Below, piece by piece: positions 56,506 through 64,000 of a stretch of 64,000 nucleotides of DNA. The notes under the pieces were generated by a model. It did not search any database, had not been told where the DNA came from, and saw only the letters and a program-made list of their open reading frames with translations. Position 1 is the stretch's first letter; every line of letters starts with the position of its first letter. Made by a program: the position numbers and the translations under genes. Where the stretch lies: the IMG/VR virus record IMGVR_UViG_3300014202_001521, positions 2,931 through 66,930 of that record. One strand, given 5' to 3'. This stretch comes from a virus.

Positions 56506-57791
56506 GCTAAAGTCTTTGATATTTTACAGTTAGTTTTTAACTTCAAGCCTGGGAGTAAACTACTCTCTGCTTCCAAAACCTTTAAACATATGATTCTAGC
56601 CGCTTCAATTTGCTTATCATCACTACGAACGACATAACCATCATGAATATGAGCCACTATTCTCCCATAATCTTGTAGGGCATCATGAAGATGAACCAAC
56701 TTCTCAAGACAGAATATAGCCCCTGGAGATTGAATGATAAAGTTTCTATACTTATACTCTTCCCCTTCAGCGAAACGTCTCTTGCGACCTATGTAATCAA
56801 CATATACGCCATTCTCAGCTTCATGATTCTCAATCCATGCGAATAACGTCTTGAATTTAGTCTTCAAACTGGATATCAGCTTGCCCGCCTGTTCAATGGA
56901 TACACCAGCACGCTCCCCTAATGTCTCCGCACCCTGCCCATACACCACGGGGAGGAATAAGCAATCCTTGCAGAATGCTCTCTTCTCATCCGTGTCACAC
57001 TCTTCATTCAGCAAATGCGCATACAACTTCCTGTAAAAGTCACCATCCCCTGAAACTAACTCCAAAAGCTTAGCATCCTGACTTAGCCAAGCCAAAATAC
57101 AGACTTCATGAAAATGATAATCAAACCAAAGAAAACTTAAACCGTTCCCCTTGGGCTGTAACTTAACCCTTTCTTCTTCCGACAAAGAATGCGGATTAAA
57201 GCAATTCTCATAAGCAAGTTGGGTTGATAGTCTACCACCCGTCTGCCCTTCAATCTCATAGTACGGGAACAATATCTGTCGCTTCTCTGTGTCAAATACC
57301 CCTTCTACTTCAATTTGCGGGATTACCCTGGAGTATAAAGGGAGATATACCTTCTGGTGGATAGTTTTGAACTTGGGCCATGATGAATCATCAAATAACC
57401 GCTTTATCCTTTTAACCACTTCTGAGAAGCTGGCGGGGCAGCGGTCCCGCACCCCAACAAAACACTCGCCAAGCTTTAAGTCTAATAGCTTGCTCTCGAA
57501 ATCTAAACAGCCGCCAGTATTCGCTAGGATATAAGTAAAGAGGTTCTTTAGATTCCAGCCTATGACTGAAACTCGCTTGTCGTCAAACAATGCGGTCTTG
57601 ATAATTGAAAACGTCTCAATGATGTTATCGACGTTGATTTCAGTTTTAAACTCATTGCTTTTAGACCAGCAGACGAAATCAAAAGAAGCATTGCGGGTAA
57701 AATCCACAATCTCTGGTTCCAGCTTAACAAAAATAGTCGGCCCCGACTGGATTAGTTGATCCAGTTGGAGCGCTAATTGAATTTGTGTCAT
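56502..57791 (-). CDS. Short family-A DNA polymerase-like protein
   Basis: TGGRLS; motif A WFDYHFHE; motif B RAFCK...VVYGQG; IIQSPGA; motif C HIHDGY. Confidence 0.8.
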   Translation of the reverse strand: MTQIQLALQLDQLIQSGPTIFVKLEPEIVDFTRNASFDFVCWSKSNEFKTEINVDNIIETFSIIKTALFDDKRVSVIGWNLKNLFTYILANTGGCLDFESKLLDLKLGECFVGVRDRCPASFSEVVKRIKRLFDDSSWPKFKTIHQKVYLPLYSRVIPQIEVEGVFDTEKRQILFPYYEIEGQTGGRLSTQLAYENCFNPHSLSEEERVKLQPKGNGLSFLWFDYHFHEVCILAWLSQDAKLLELVSGDGDFYRKLYAHLLNEECDTDEKRAFCKDCLFLPVVYGQGAETLGERAGVSIEQAGKLISSLKTKFKTLFAWIENHEAENGVYVDYIGRKRRFAEGEEYKYRNFIIQSPGAIFCLEKLVHLHDALQDYGRIVAHIHDGYVVRSDDKQIEAARIICLKVLEAESSLLPGLKLKTNCKISKTLA

Positions 57792-58972
57792 TCTTCTCTG
57801 ATTCTCGGTGAAAGACCAATCTTCCCAAACTCTTCCGCCATGATCCGCTTGGCAGTGGATACATGCTCCGCTGTCGTCAGAATACTATCGTGAATGGTTC
57901 CTACGAACATGTCAGGATGTTCTTTCATAATCCTACCACAGATATTCGTGATTATCAATTTTGATTCATTCTTTTGCATCATCCAAGCTAATCGCCTGTA
58001 ATCCTTACGCTTGATTCTCCTGACCTTTGCTCCAATGGTTGGAAATAGATCACAAAACAAACTACTCGTCTTCTTGCCAAAGAATGTCTCTCGGAAGAAG
58101 TTCTCTTTGAATGCGTTTCTATCCGTTTCACTTGCATGTTGCATCAAAAATTCGTACAACCTGCCCTGTTCCACAAGTCGTTTGTAGAGAAGCACATCGG
58201 GAGGAATATCATCAAAGTAAATGGCTCCTGTACATCGTATGGAGGAAAAGATGGATGGAATAGCTAAGAATAAAAGCAGAGGTTGAGAGTTAGCAATGTC
58301 GATATTTACCAAGTTTTGATCCTTGTAACTGAGGAACTTTCTCAAATCAGATTTGAGATTGGTAAAATTGGTATGCACTCTCCCAAATTCATCACGATGA
58401 ATATAAAATTCCTTATTGTGTATCTTGTCTATTGATATTTTAACACTATTGTACTCATGCACTGGCAATTCATCTATTGATTTCAATGCTTCTTCGTAGT
58501 TAATTTCCACCATTTCTAAAAATGTATAAATATGCCTATGAACCTTGGTAAACTTGTCTATCTTATTCCTTAAGTTACCATATGGTTTTCTTAATTCTTG
58601 CCACCTGATAATATTGTCTTGCAATGATGCTGAATTAATTGAAATTTGCTTGTGGCGCACATCGGAGTAAGGTGCGCAAAGCTTGTAACCGTAAGACTTT
58701 TCGTTCTTGATATAGTGACGATCACAAGCTATAACGCCTTTGTTAATTAATATGTTTATATAGTCGTTATAAGTAAAGCCAGACCGCCCTATCATTCTTC
58801 TCATGTATATGGCTTTAAGTGGAACAAATTCTTCTGCGTTTTTGTAAAGTGTGCGTTGTTCGTAGATCAAGTTTATGATAAAGTGAAGTCTGTCTAAATC
58901 TCTAATGTTTTGGTATTCTCCCTCAAGCAGATCAGGCAAGTTCAGGTTGGAAGGAATATATATTTTCTTCAT
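57788..58972 (-). CDS. Divergent PolA/T7-RNAP-fold protein (TV-Pol-like) with N-terminal wHTH-like region
   Basis: GRVHTNFTNL..LR; VNIDIANSQP; RNAFK; MQKNES; TIHDSIL. Confidence 0.6.
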   Translation of the reverse strand: MKKIYIPSNLNLPDLLEGEYQNIRDLDRLHFIINLIYEQRTLYKNAEEFVPLKAIYMRRMIGRSGFTYNDYINILINKGVIACDRHYIKNEKSYGYKLCAPYSDVRHKQISINSASLQDNIIRWQELRKPYGNLRNKIDKFTKVHRHIYTFLEMVEINYEEALKSIDELPVHEYNSVKISIDKIHNKEFYIHRDEFGRVHTNFTNLKSDLRKFLSYKDQNLVNIDIANSQPLLLFLAIPSIFSSIRCTGAIYFDDIPPDVLLYKRLVEQGRLYEFLMQHASETDRNAFKENFFRETFFGKKTSSLFCDLFPTIGAKVRRIKRKDYRRLAWMMQKNESKLIITNICGRIMKEHPDMFVGTIHDSILTTAEHVSTAKRIMAEEFGKIGLSPRIREE

Positions 58973-59001
58973 GGTTACATTTTACCAGTGGAGCGCTACC
59001 G

Positions 59002-59679
59002 ATGGAATATAATCTCGATCCAATTTTCGAGTTCAGGATGAATGAAGAAGAAACTCTAGCATATAAGCTAGGATTGCTTTGGATGGCGATTTCCCATAAG
59101 TTATTTCCAGACTATAGACATGCTAGTGGCTTTCCAAAAAAAGGCGACCCTCGAAAAAGCAGTTTATTCAAATACTGCTATAAGCTTCAAAGAGAATCTA
59201 AAGGACTTATAGAGGCCAAAGACTATAAAATATACATCGCCGCCCAACTTCATATGTTAAAAGCCATTGAAATTGGTAACACACACCCCTTGATCGGCCC
59301 GTGGTGTTTAGTTGGCGAGAAAGCCTGGGTTCGTTGGAAAGTATGGAAACGGAAGTACGATAATATCGGGAAATCGAAAACTTTGGAAGACGTGGGCCTG
59401 GATAAATCTAACTTTGAAGAAGTGAAGAAAGAGTTGGATAAGACCAAGAAGTTCATGGACAATAAATTTGGGTTACTTAACGAAGAGACTTTCCAACTGA
59501 AAGCTAAAGAGATTGAGCGCAATATCTCTTTGGGTACAATCAGTGGATTCTATGCGGCCCTGTCACCGTGGGTAGGCAAACATTGTAAGTTAGGTGATTA
59601 TGACCTAGCTTACTTCAAAACTACCGATGCGCAAGGCAGTGAGTATTTTAATAAGTTATTTCCAGAGCAAATAGTGTAA
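59002..59679 (+). CDS. Hypothetical protein
   Basis: GGAG SD; 225 aa. Confidence 0.7.
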   Translation: MEYNLDPIFEFRMNEEETLAYKLGLLWMAISHKLFPDYRHASGFPKKGDPRKSSLFKYCYKLQRESKGLIEAKDYKIYIAAQLHMLKAIEIGNTHPLIGPWCLVGEKAWVRWKVWKRKYDNIGKSKTLEDVGLDKSNFEEVKKELDKTKKFMDNKFGLLNEETFQLKAKEIERNISLGTISGFYAALSPWVGKHCKLGDYDLAYFKTTDAQGSEYFNKLFPEQIV

Positions 59680-60543
59680 AAGAGCCATGCGAACGTGTAA
59701 ACCGTTTCTCACTTGCTCGAAATACTTCGCTGTAGGGAGTTCATCCACATCAGGATGAATCTCTTCATTCCTGGGTAATGGATGCATAATAATTCCACCT
59801 GGCTTGATCGTCCTGGCAAGTTCTTTCGTCAATATGAACCTGCTTGGCTCTCCTTCAGGGAGTCTACCGCCGTTCATCCACCGTTCTTTCTGTGGACGAG
59901 TCATGTAAACTACATCTGCCATTTTTAATGAATCTGGTATAAGCCGCTCATCACCGTAGTTATAAGAAGGATCATCATGATTGATTAAGCTAGGATTGAC
60001 CTTACTGGTAAACAGGAATTTTACAAAGTAGTCTTCACGTTTCAATAGGTCTACTAATGATGGAACCGTTCTGCTGTAGTATAAGTCCCCTGTGAACAAG
60101 ATTGTGACTTCTTTTTTACCTTTGCAATACTTACGGATCGTATAAAGGTCTAAAAGAGCTTGGGTTGGATGGTGAAAGTTGGCTTCCCCTGCACTTATAA
60201 CTGGTTTAGTAGTCGCGGCTGCCAATGTTTCCATTACTTCGTCAGGGTGACGGATAACCAGCACATCAGCATATTCTGACACTGTTTTAATTGTGTCTAG
60301 GTCTGTTTCACCTTTCTTTTGTGATGAATTAACAGGCAAGTCGATTACCTTGCCACCTAATTTATACATTGCTGATTGGAATGACATTTTGGTGCGGGTG
60401 GACGGCTCAAAGAACAGAGTCGCCATGATCGGTGACATTGTATTACTGTAATCATAAGAACATGTCGTCATCATTGGCACACGACTAAAAATTTGCTCTA
60501 TATCTTCTTTGTTAAGATCGTCTACAGTTAGTAGATGGTGCAT
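59656..60543 (-). CDS. pyrB: Aspartate carbamoyltransferase catalytic subunit
   Basis: FFEPSTRT, KGET, VIRHP, HPTQALLD, GDLYYSRTV, YMTRPQKER, MHPLPR. Confidence 0.96.
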   Translation of the reverse strand: MHHLLTVDDLNKEDIEQIFSRVPMMTTCSYDYSNTMSPIMATLFFEPSTRTKMSFQSAMYKLGGKVIDLPVNSSQKKGETDLDTIKTVSEYADVLVIRHPDEVMETLAAATTKPVISAGEANFHHPTQALLDLYTIRKYCKGKKEVTILFTGDLYYSRTVPSLVDLLKREDYFVKFLFTSKVNPSLINHDDPSYNYGDERLIPDSLKMADVVYMTRPQKERWMNGGRLPEGEPSRFILTKELARTIKPGGIIMHPLPRNEEIHPDVDELPTAKYFEQVRNGLHVRMALLHYLLWK

Positions 60544-60572
60544 ACTTAATCTCCAAAAACTGGTCTATTGTA

Positions 60573-61364
60573 TCAATAGCAGTTGAAGTGTGCAAGGACA
60601 GCGTTGCTGATTTCTTCTTCTTTTTGGCCTGGTGCAAAGTGTTCGATAAAATCGGATGGATCGTAAATCCAACGGTGTTTGTCGATATCATCGCCCAATC
60701 CATTCCCAGCTATCTTAATGAAGCCTGTTTTATCTGAATATTCGACCTGAACGCATAATTTATCCAGTCGTTTCTGACCCCTGGCTTGTACGCCCATACC
60801 TGTAACGCCAAAATGTATAATATAACTGTGGTGTTCTTTTAATACTCGAATACCTTCATACATGAATATCTTTTGGGTCGTCTTCCTTCTTAACTCACTA
60901 GCAATGCGGATAACAAGTCTTTCCAATCCTTTAAAATCACCTTTTGGGGCGTCAATATCTTCGGCGTCCATTTCTGTCAACACTTCATTAATCTTAAAAC
61001 TAAGGTTATCAGGGCGTGCGTCAAAGAAGTGTTTGACTTCTATAACTTTTTTGCAAATCCAGGTTGGGTCGCCCTCTAAGTTGTGACTTAATTTCCTAAG
61101 AACAACTCTAACGCCGCCTAGAGGACTAAATGATAGTCTAACAGCACCATCGTCTTGACCCCATTGCAATTCTCCAAAAAAGTCGTTTGGTATAGAGTAT
61201 TTCTCACCAAATGTTTTACCTTTAAGGGATTTGATGATGTATTCTATGTTGATTGGATGGAGTGGGTCTTCTTCGTTGGCCATATCTGGCACAACTGGCC
61301 TTTTGCTCATATCAAGACCGAAATCAGCGTACTCTAGCCAGGTATTAAATCCATAATGTTTCAT
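60573..61364 (-). CDS. Hypothetical protein, putative virion protein
   Basis: MKHYGFNTWLE N-terminus; TATATATA 7 nt upstream. Confidence 0.7.
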   Translation of the reverse strand: MKHYGFNTWLEYADFGLDMSKRPVVPDMANEEDPLHPINIEYIIKSLKGKTFGEKYSIPNDFFGELQWGQDDGAVRLSFSPLGGVRVVLRKLSHNLEGDPTWICKKVIEVKHFFDARPDNLSFKINEVLTEMDAEDIDAPKGDFKGLERLVIRIASELRRKTTQKIFMYEGIRVLKEHHSYIIHFGVTGMGVQARGQKRLDKLCVQVEYSDKTGFIKIAGNGLGDDIDKHRWIYDPSDFIEHFAPGQKEEEISNAVLAHFNCY

Positions 61365-61371
61365 TCTAACT

Positions 61372-61379
61372 TATATATA
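61372..61379. promoter_or_regulatory. Bidirectional TATATATA motif between divergent ATGs
   Basis: Only 20 bp separate ATG 61364(-) and ATG 61385(+), with no SD. Confidence 0.6.
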
Positions 61380-61384
61380 CTGAT

Positions 61385-61819
61385 ATGCTCAAGACATTTA
61401 CACTTTGGATGGAAGATAGAATGAAACAGAAGCAACTTACCCGTCAATTGCTTCAAAACCTTGGCTACGATACTCATGCCTTGAATGGGCAGGATGTTGT
61501 TCTTACTGATCGCAAATATGATAATATCAAGGATGCTATCAATAGATTGGACGTGGATTCTGAAAATAAAGAGAATATGATTACATTTGTACAGAACCAT
61601 CAAAAGGAAGATGGTTCTATTGTTGGGTTGTCGCTAAAAGCCTTGGCTGCAAAAATAAATGCCAATGATGCTGAGAGTCAGGATACAGCTTCTAGCAATC
61701 CTGCTGTATTGCCACAGGGACAACAGCCTGCACCAAAACCTTTTAATAAGCAACAACAGCAGATGCAACAACAAAATCAGCCGCCAATGGCGGCTGATCC
61801 TGGTGCTGGGGCTTTTTAA
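61385..61819 (+). CDS. Hypothetical protein, putative head internal protein
   Basis: MLKTFTLWME N-terminus; Q-rich tail. Confidence 0.7.
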   Translation: MLKTFTLWMEDRMKQKQLTRQLLQNLGYDTHALNGQDVVLTDRKYDNIKDAINRLDVDSENKENMITFVQNHQKEDGSIVGLSLKALAAKINANDAESQDTASSNPAVLPQGQQPAPKPFNKQQQQMQQQNQPPMAADPGAGAF

Positions 61820-61823
61820 GTTA

Positions 61824-62060
61824 TTAACTACATGATGGACAGCTACTGATTTCTCCAAGAACCTCTAGAGTCATATGGTCAATGAAAGCAAAAGCTGGCA
61901 TTTGACCAATGGTTTCTACAGTAAGATGGTCAACATTCATACTGCCAAACTGGAAGAAACCTAAAACTTCCATAGTCATATGATCTATTAAGGCGTTCTG
62001 GAAGGTCATTTGTCCTAAAACTTCCATCGTGATAGATTCTATTAAATCGCAGGTAGCCAT
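61824..62060 (-). CDS. Small repeat protein
   Basis: Four IDHMT(M/L)EVLG-like repeats; GGAG SD. Confidence 0.65.
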   Translation of the reverse strand: MATCDLIESITMEVLGQMTFQNALIDHMTMEVLGFFQFGSMNVDHLTVETIGQMPAFAFIDHMTLEVLGEISSCPSCS

Positions 62061-62128
62061 TTTTTTCTCCAATAAAATTTACTGACACCATATATATAAT
62101 TACGATTTCGAAATTAGGAGAATAAAAA

Positions 62129-63151
62129 ATGGCACTTAAATGGGTAGAAGGATTTGAGTCATATTCAAACTTAATCAGTTTCGTGCAGTTTCGTTACGCA
62201 AGCTTCATAGGCCCGTCCTCTACTTTTCAGCCAGGACGCGCCGTTGGCAATTGCCTAAACTTTAACGGCACATCTTTAATAACCCCGAACTTGGGCAACC
62301 AAGGCACTTATTTTGTTGGCTTTGCTTTCAGGAACGTAAATCTTGGAACCAGCAACGTTAACATGACCGTGCTTGAACTACGCGATCTTACGACTTCGCA
62401 GATCAGTGTAACGTTTAACCCAAACACAAAGCTATTCTCAGTATTCAGAGGCGCAACCCTCCTTGGTACTGGTACTTTTGCTTTGACAACTGGTTCCTGG
62501 TACTACATTGAAATCGGCGTCCTTGTTGACTCCGCAGTTGGTACTGTCACTTTCAAGGTTAACACTGTAAACGATGTAACCTTTGGTCCAGGTAATACTC
62601 AGGTCACAGCTAATGCTTATGCGAACACCATAGCATGGCGTGGTCCAGCGGTTATCGGTCTAGGTGGAGCTTACCAGATTGACGATATTTATATTATCGA
62701 CAGCACTGGTGCAACTAATAACACCTTCTTGGGTGATATGAAGGTTGAAGGCGTCCAGGTAATTGAGAGTGGTTTCCAGGCAACATGGGGCGTAAACGTC
62801 CCTGGCACACCAAACTTCCAGGCCGTGCAGGTCTTGAATGACGGGTTATATACCTTGTCGAACACTGTAGGACAGAAGGATACATTCGAATGCTCGAACT
62901 TGAACAAAATTACTTCTGACGTTAGAGGCGTATCCGCCGTTTATTGGACTCGTAACACTGACTCAACAACCCACTCGATTAACTCGGTTGTACGACAGAC
63001 TGGTACTGATTACAACGGTACAGCTTTCACAGTCAATGATACAGCTTTCAAAGCATATCAGACGATTTGGGAACAAGACCCAGCCACCCTAGCAGCTTGG
63101 ACTGTATCGGGCGTTGGCACAGCAGAATTTGGTTATAGACTTAACTCATAA
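62129..63151 (+). CDS. Beta-rich virion/tail protein with concanavalin/LamG-like domain
   Basis: MALKWVEGFE; WYYIEI; IDDIYI; T/N/G-rich; AGGAG SD; own terminator. Confidence 0.7.
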   Translation: MALKWVEGFESYSNLISFVQFRYASFIGPSSTFQPGRAVGNCLNFNGTSLITPNLGNQGTYFVGFAFRNVNLGTSNVNMTVLELRDLTTSQISVTFNPNTKLFSVFRGATLLGTGTFALTTGSWYYIEIGVLVDSAVGTVTFKVNTVNDVTFGPGNTQVTANAYANTIAWRGPAVIGLGGAYQIDDIYIIDSTGATNNTFLGDMKVEGVQVIESGFQATWGVNVPGTPNFQAVQVLNDGLYTLSNTVGQKDTFECSNLNKITSDVRGVSAVYWTRNTDSTTHSINSVVRQTGTDYNGTAFTVNDTAFKAYQTIWEQDPATLAAWTVSGVGTAEFGYRLNS

Positions 63152-63169
63152 CGAATTATTAAACTTCAG

Positions 63170-63201
63170 AAGCCTAGTTCCACAAGAACTAGGCTTTTTT
63201 T
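63170..63201 (+). terminator. Intrinsic terminator
   Basis: AAGCCTAGTTC-CACAA-GAACTAGGCTT plus T-run. Confidence 0.88.
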
Positions 63202-63226
63202 ATGCGCTAATGACTATTATATCCCT

Positions 63227-63622
63227 ATGAAAAAACTCACTTCCGCCTCTCTTGAGAAAATCCTGGCTAACTACAAAAAAGACCCAAATGTTGACACAAT
63301 GGAAGCTGCTTTTGAAGCCTTCTGGCTACTAGGATCAAATATCCTTAAAGCTGTCTCCTTCCCTGGATTAGAAGAAGCCTTCAAGAATAAAACTAGAACT
63401 ATTCGAAGACTGGTATTCTTTGCCTTCATCAAATTGCCAAGATACGATGCTACGAAGGGTAAAGCTTTCAACTTTTTTACTACTATAATGCTGAGTTGGC
63501 TCCGACAAGTCTATAGAAGTAGCCGCAACTACGCTGAATTAAAGGCAACATATGCAGAAAAAATTAGAAATAGTAAAGGTCGAGAACAAAAATTATATTG
63601 TCCTAGAAAACGAAGCGTTTGA
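63227..63622 (+). CDS. T4 gp55-like late sigma factor homolog (short)
   Basis: KLPRYDATKGKAFNFFTTIM resembles the gp55 FD..K..NPFAYFT region. Confidence 0.6.
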   Translation: MKKLTSASLEKILANYKKDPNVDTMEAAFEAFWLLGSNILKAVSFPGLEEAFKNKTRTIRRLVFFAFIKLPRYDATKGKAFNFFTTIMLSWLRQVYRSSRNYAELKATYAEKIRNSKGREQKLYCPRKRSV

Positions 63623-63809
63623 TTGGGAAGTCGAGCCTCAACAACTTAAAAACATAGAAATTAAAATTAACAATGACCCTGAAACTAGGGATAGTCTCAT
63701 TGGTAATGTTTTTAACCATTTAACATCTAGTTTTTCGAGTTTTGTAGGCAAGAAAATGTCTCTTAAGGACATAAATGACGCTCTTGAACAAGGATATATT
63801 GAAATATGA
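63552..63809 (+). CDS. Hypothetical protein
   Basis: 85 aa; ATGA-coupled to the next gene. Confidence 0.6.
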   Translation: MQKKLEIVKVENKNYIVLENEAFDWEVEPQQLKNIEIKINNDPETRDSLIGNVFNHLTSSFSSFVGKKMSLKDINDALEQGYIEI

Positions 63810-64000
63810 ATTTCGTAGAAGAAACAGATACAAGATTTTATATCAAAGAATCCACGCTGCCCAACGCTGGCTATGGTTGTTTTACCAACACCTCCCTCAA
63901 AGCTGGAGATTGGCTTGAAGTTATTGGCGTCTATGTCAAGACGGGTGGCTTGGCTGACGAATGCACCCACTACGCCAAGCGATACAAGTTCGCTGGAAGT
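63806..64000 (+). CDS. SET-domain protein, N-terminal part (runs off window edge)
   Basis: Not in ORF track. MNFVEETDTRFYIKESTLPNAGYGCFTNTSLKAGDWL matches the SET N-terminal motif S...AG.G.FA...I..G. Confidence 0.65.
   Translation, partial: MNFVEETDTRFYIKESTLPNAGYGCFTNTSLKAGDWLEVIGVYVKTGGLADECTHYAKRYKFAGS

Noticed and set aside
720-63970. Many short antisense or alternate-frame ORFs in the track (e.g. 877-1263, 7456-7896, 30772-31426, 63638-63970)
   Set aside because: They are shadows of well-supported genes, with no independent start signals or motifs
1-64000. Stop-codon reassignment, as in some huge phages
   Set aside because: Conserved genes are full length in code 11, and TAA, TAG and TGA all end genes at expected positions

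Overview
The window looks like part of a large lytic (jumbo/huge) tailed-phage genome using the standard genetic code. Gene density is high and most genes are on the minus strand. Replication and recombination genes are T4-like (gp32-like SSB, UvsX/RecA, UvsY-like, gp41-like helicase, gp1-like dNMP kinase, gp4-like nuclease, gp55-like sigma). The polymerases are a family-C DnaE and two adjacent divergent family-A-fold proteins. A TIGR03000-like domain and several exported proteins suggest a Planctomycete host (inference). Accessory content includes: a tmRNA (tag ATPYEYALAA); a complete PrkA/YeaG-YeaH-SpoVR operon; a MoxR-DUF58-VWA (Bat-like) operon; a sugar-modification cluster with three paralogous glycosyltransferase-like genes; HldE; nucleotide metabolism genes (thyX, purE, pyrB, dCMP deaminase, NUDIX); and a SET-domain gene cut by the window edge. 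Non-coding signals include sigma70-type promoters, a recurring palindromic TATATA/TAAATA motif 5-7 nt before start codons, several hairpins that bury a start codon or SD and contain a promoter, and an unannotated structured RNA of about 185 nt at 43.9-44.1 kb. All protein assignments come from motif recognition by eye. No searches were run.
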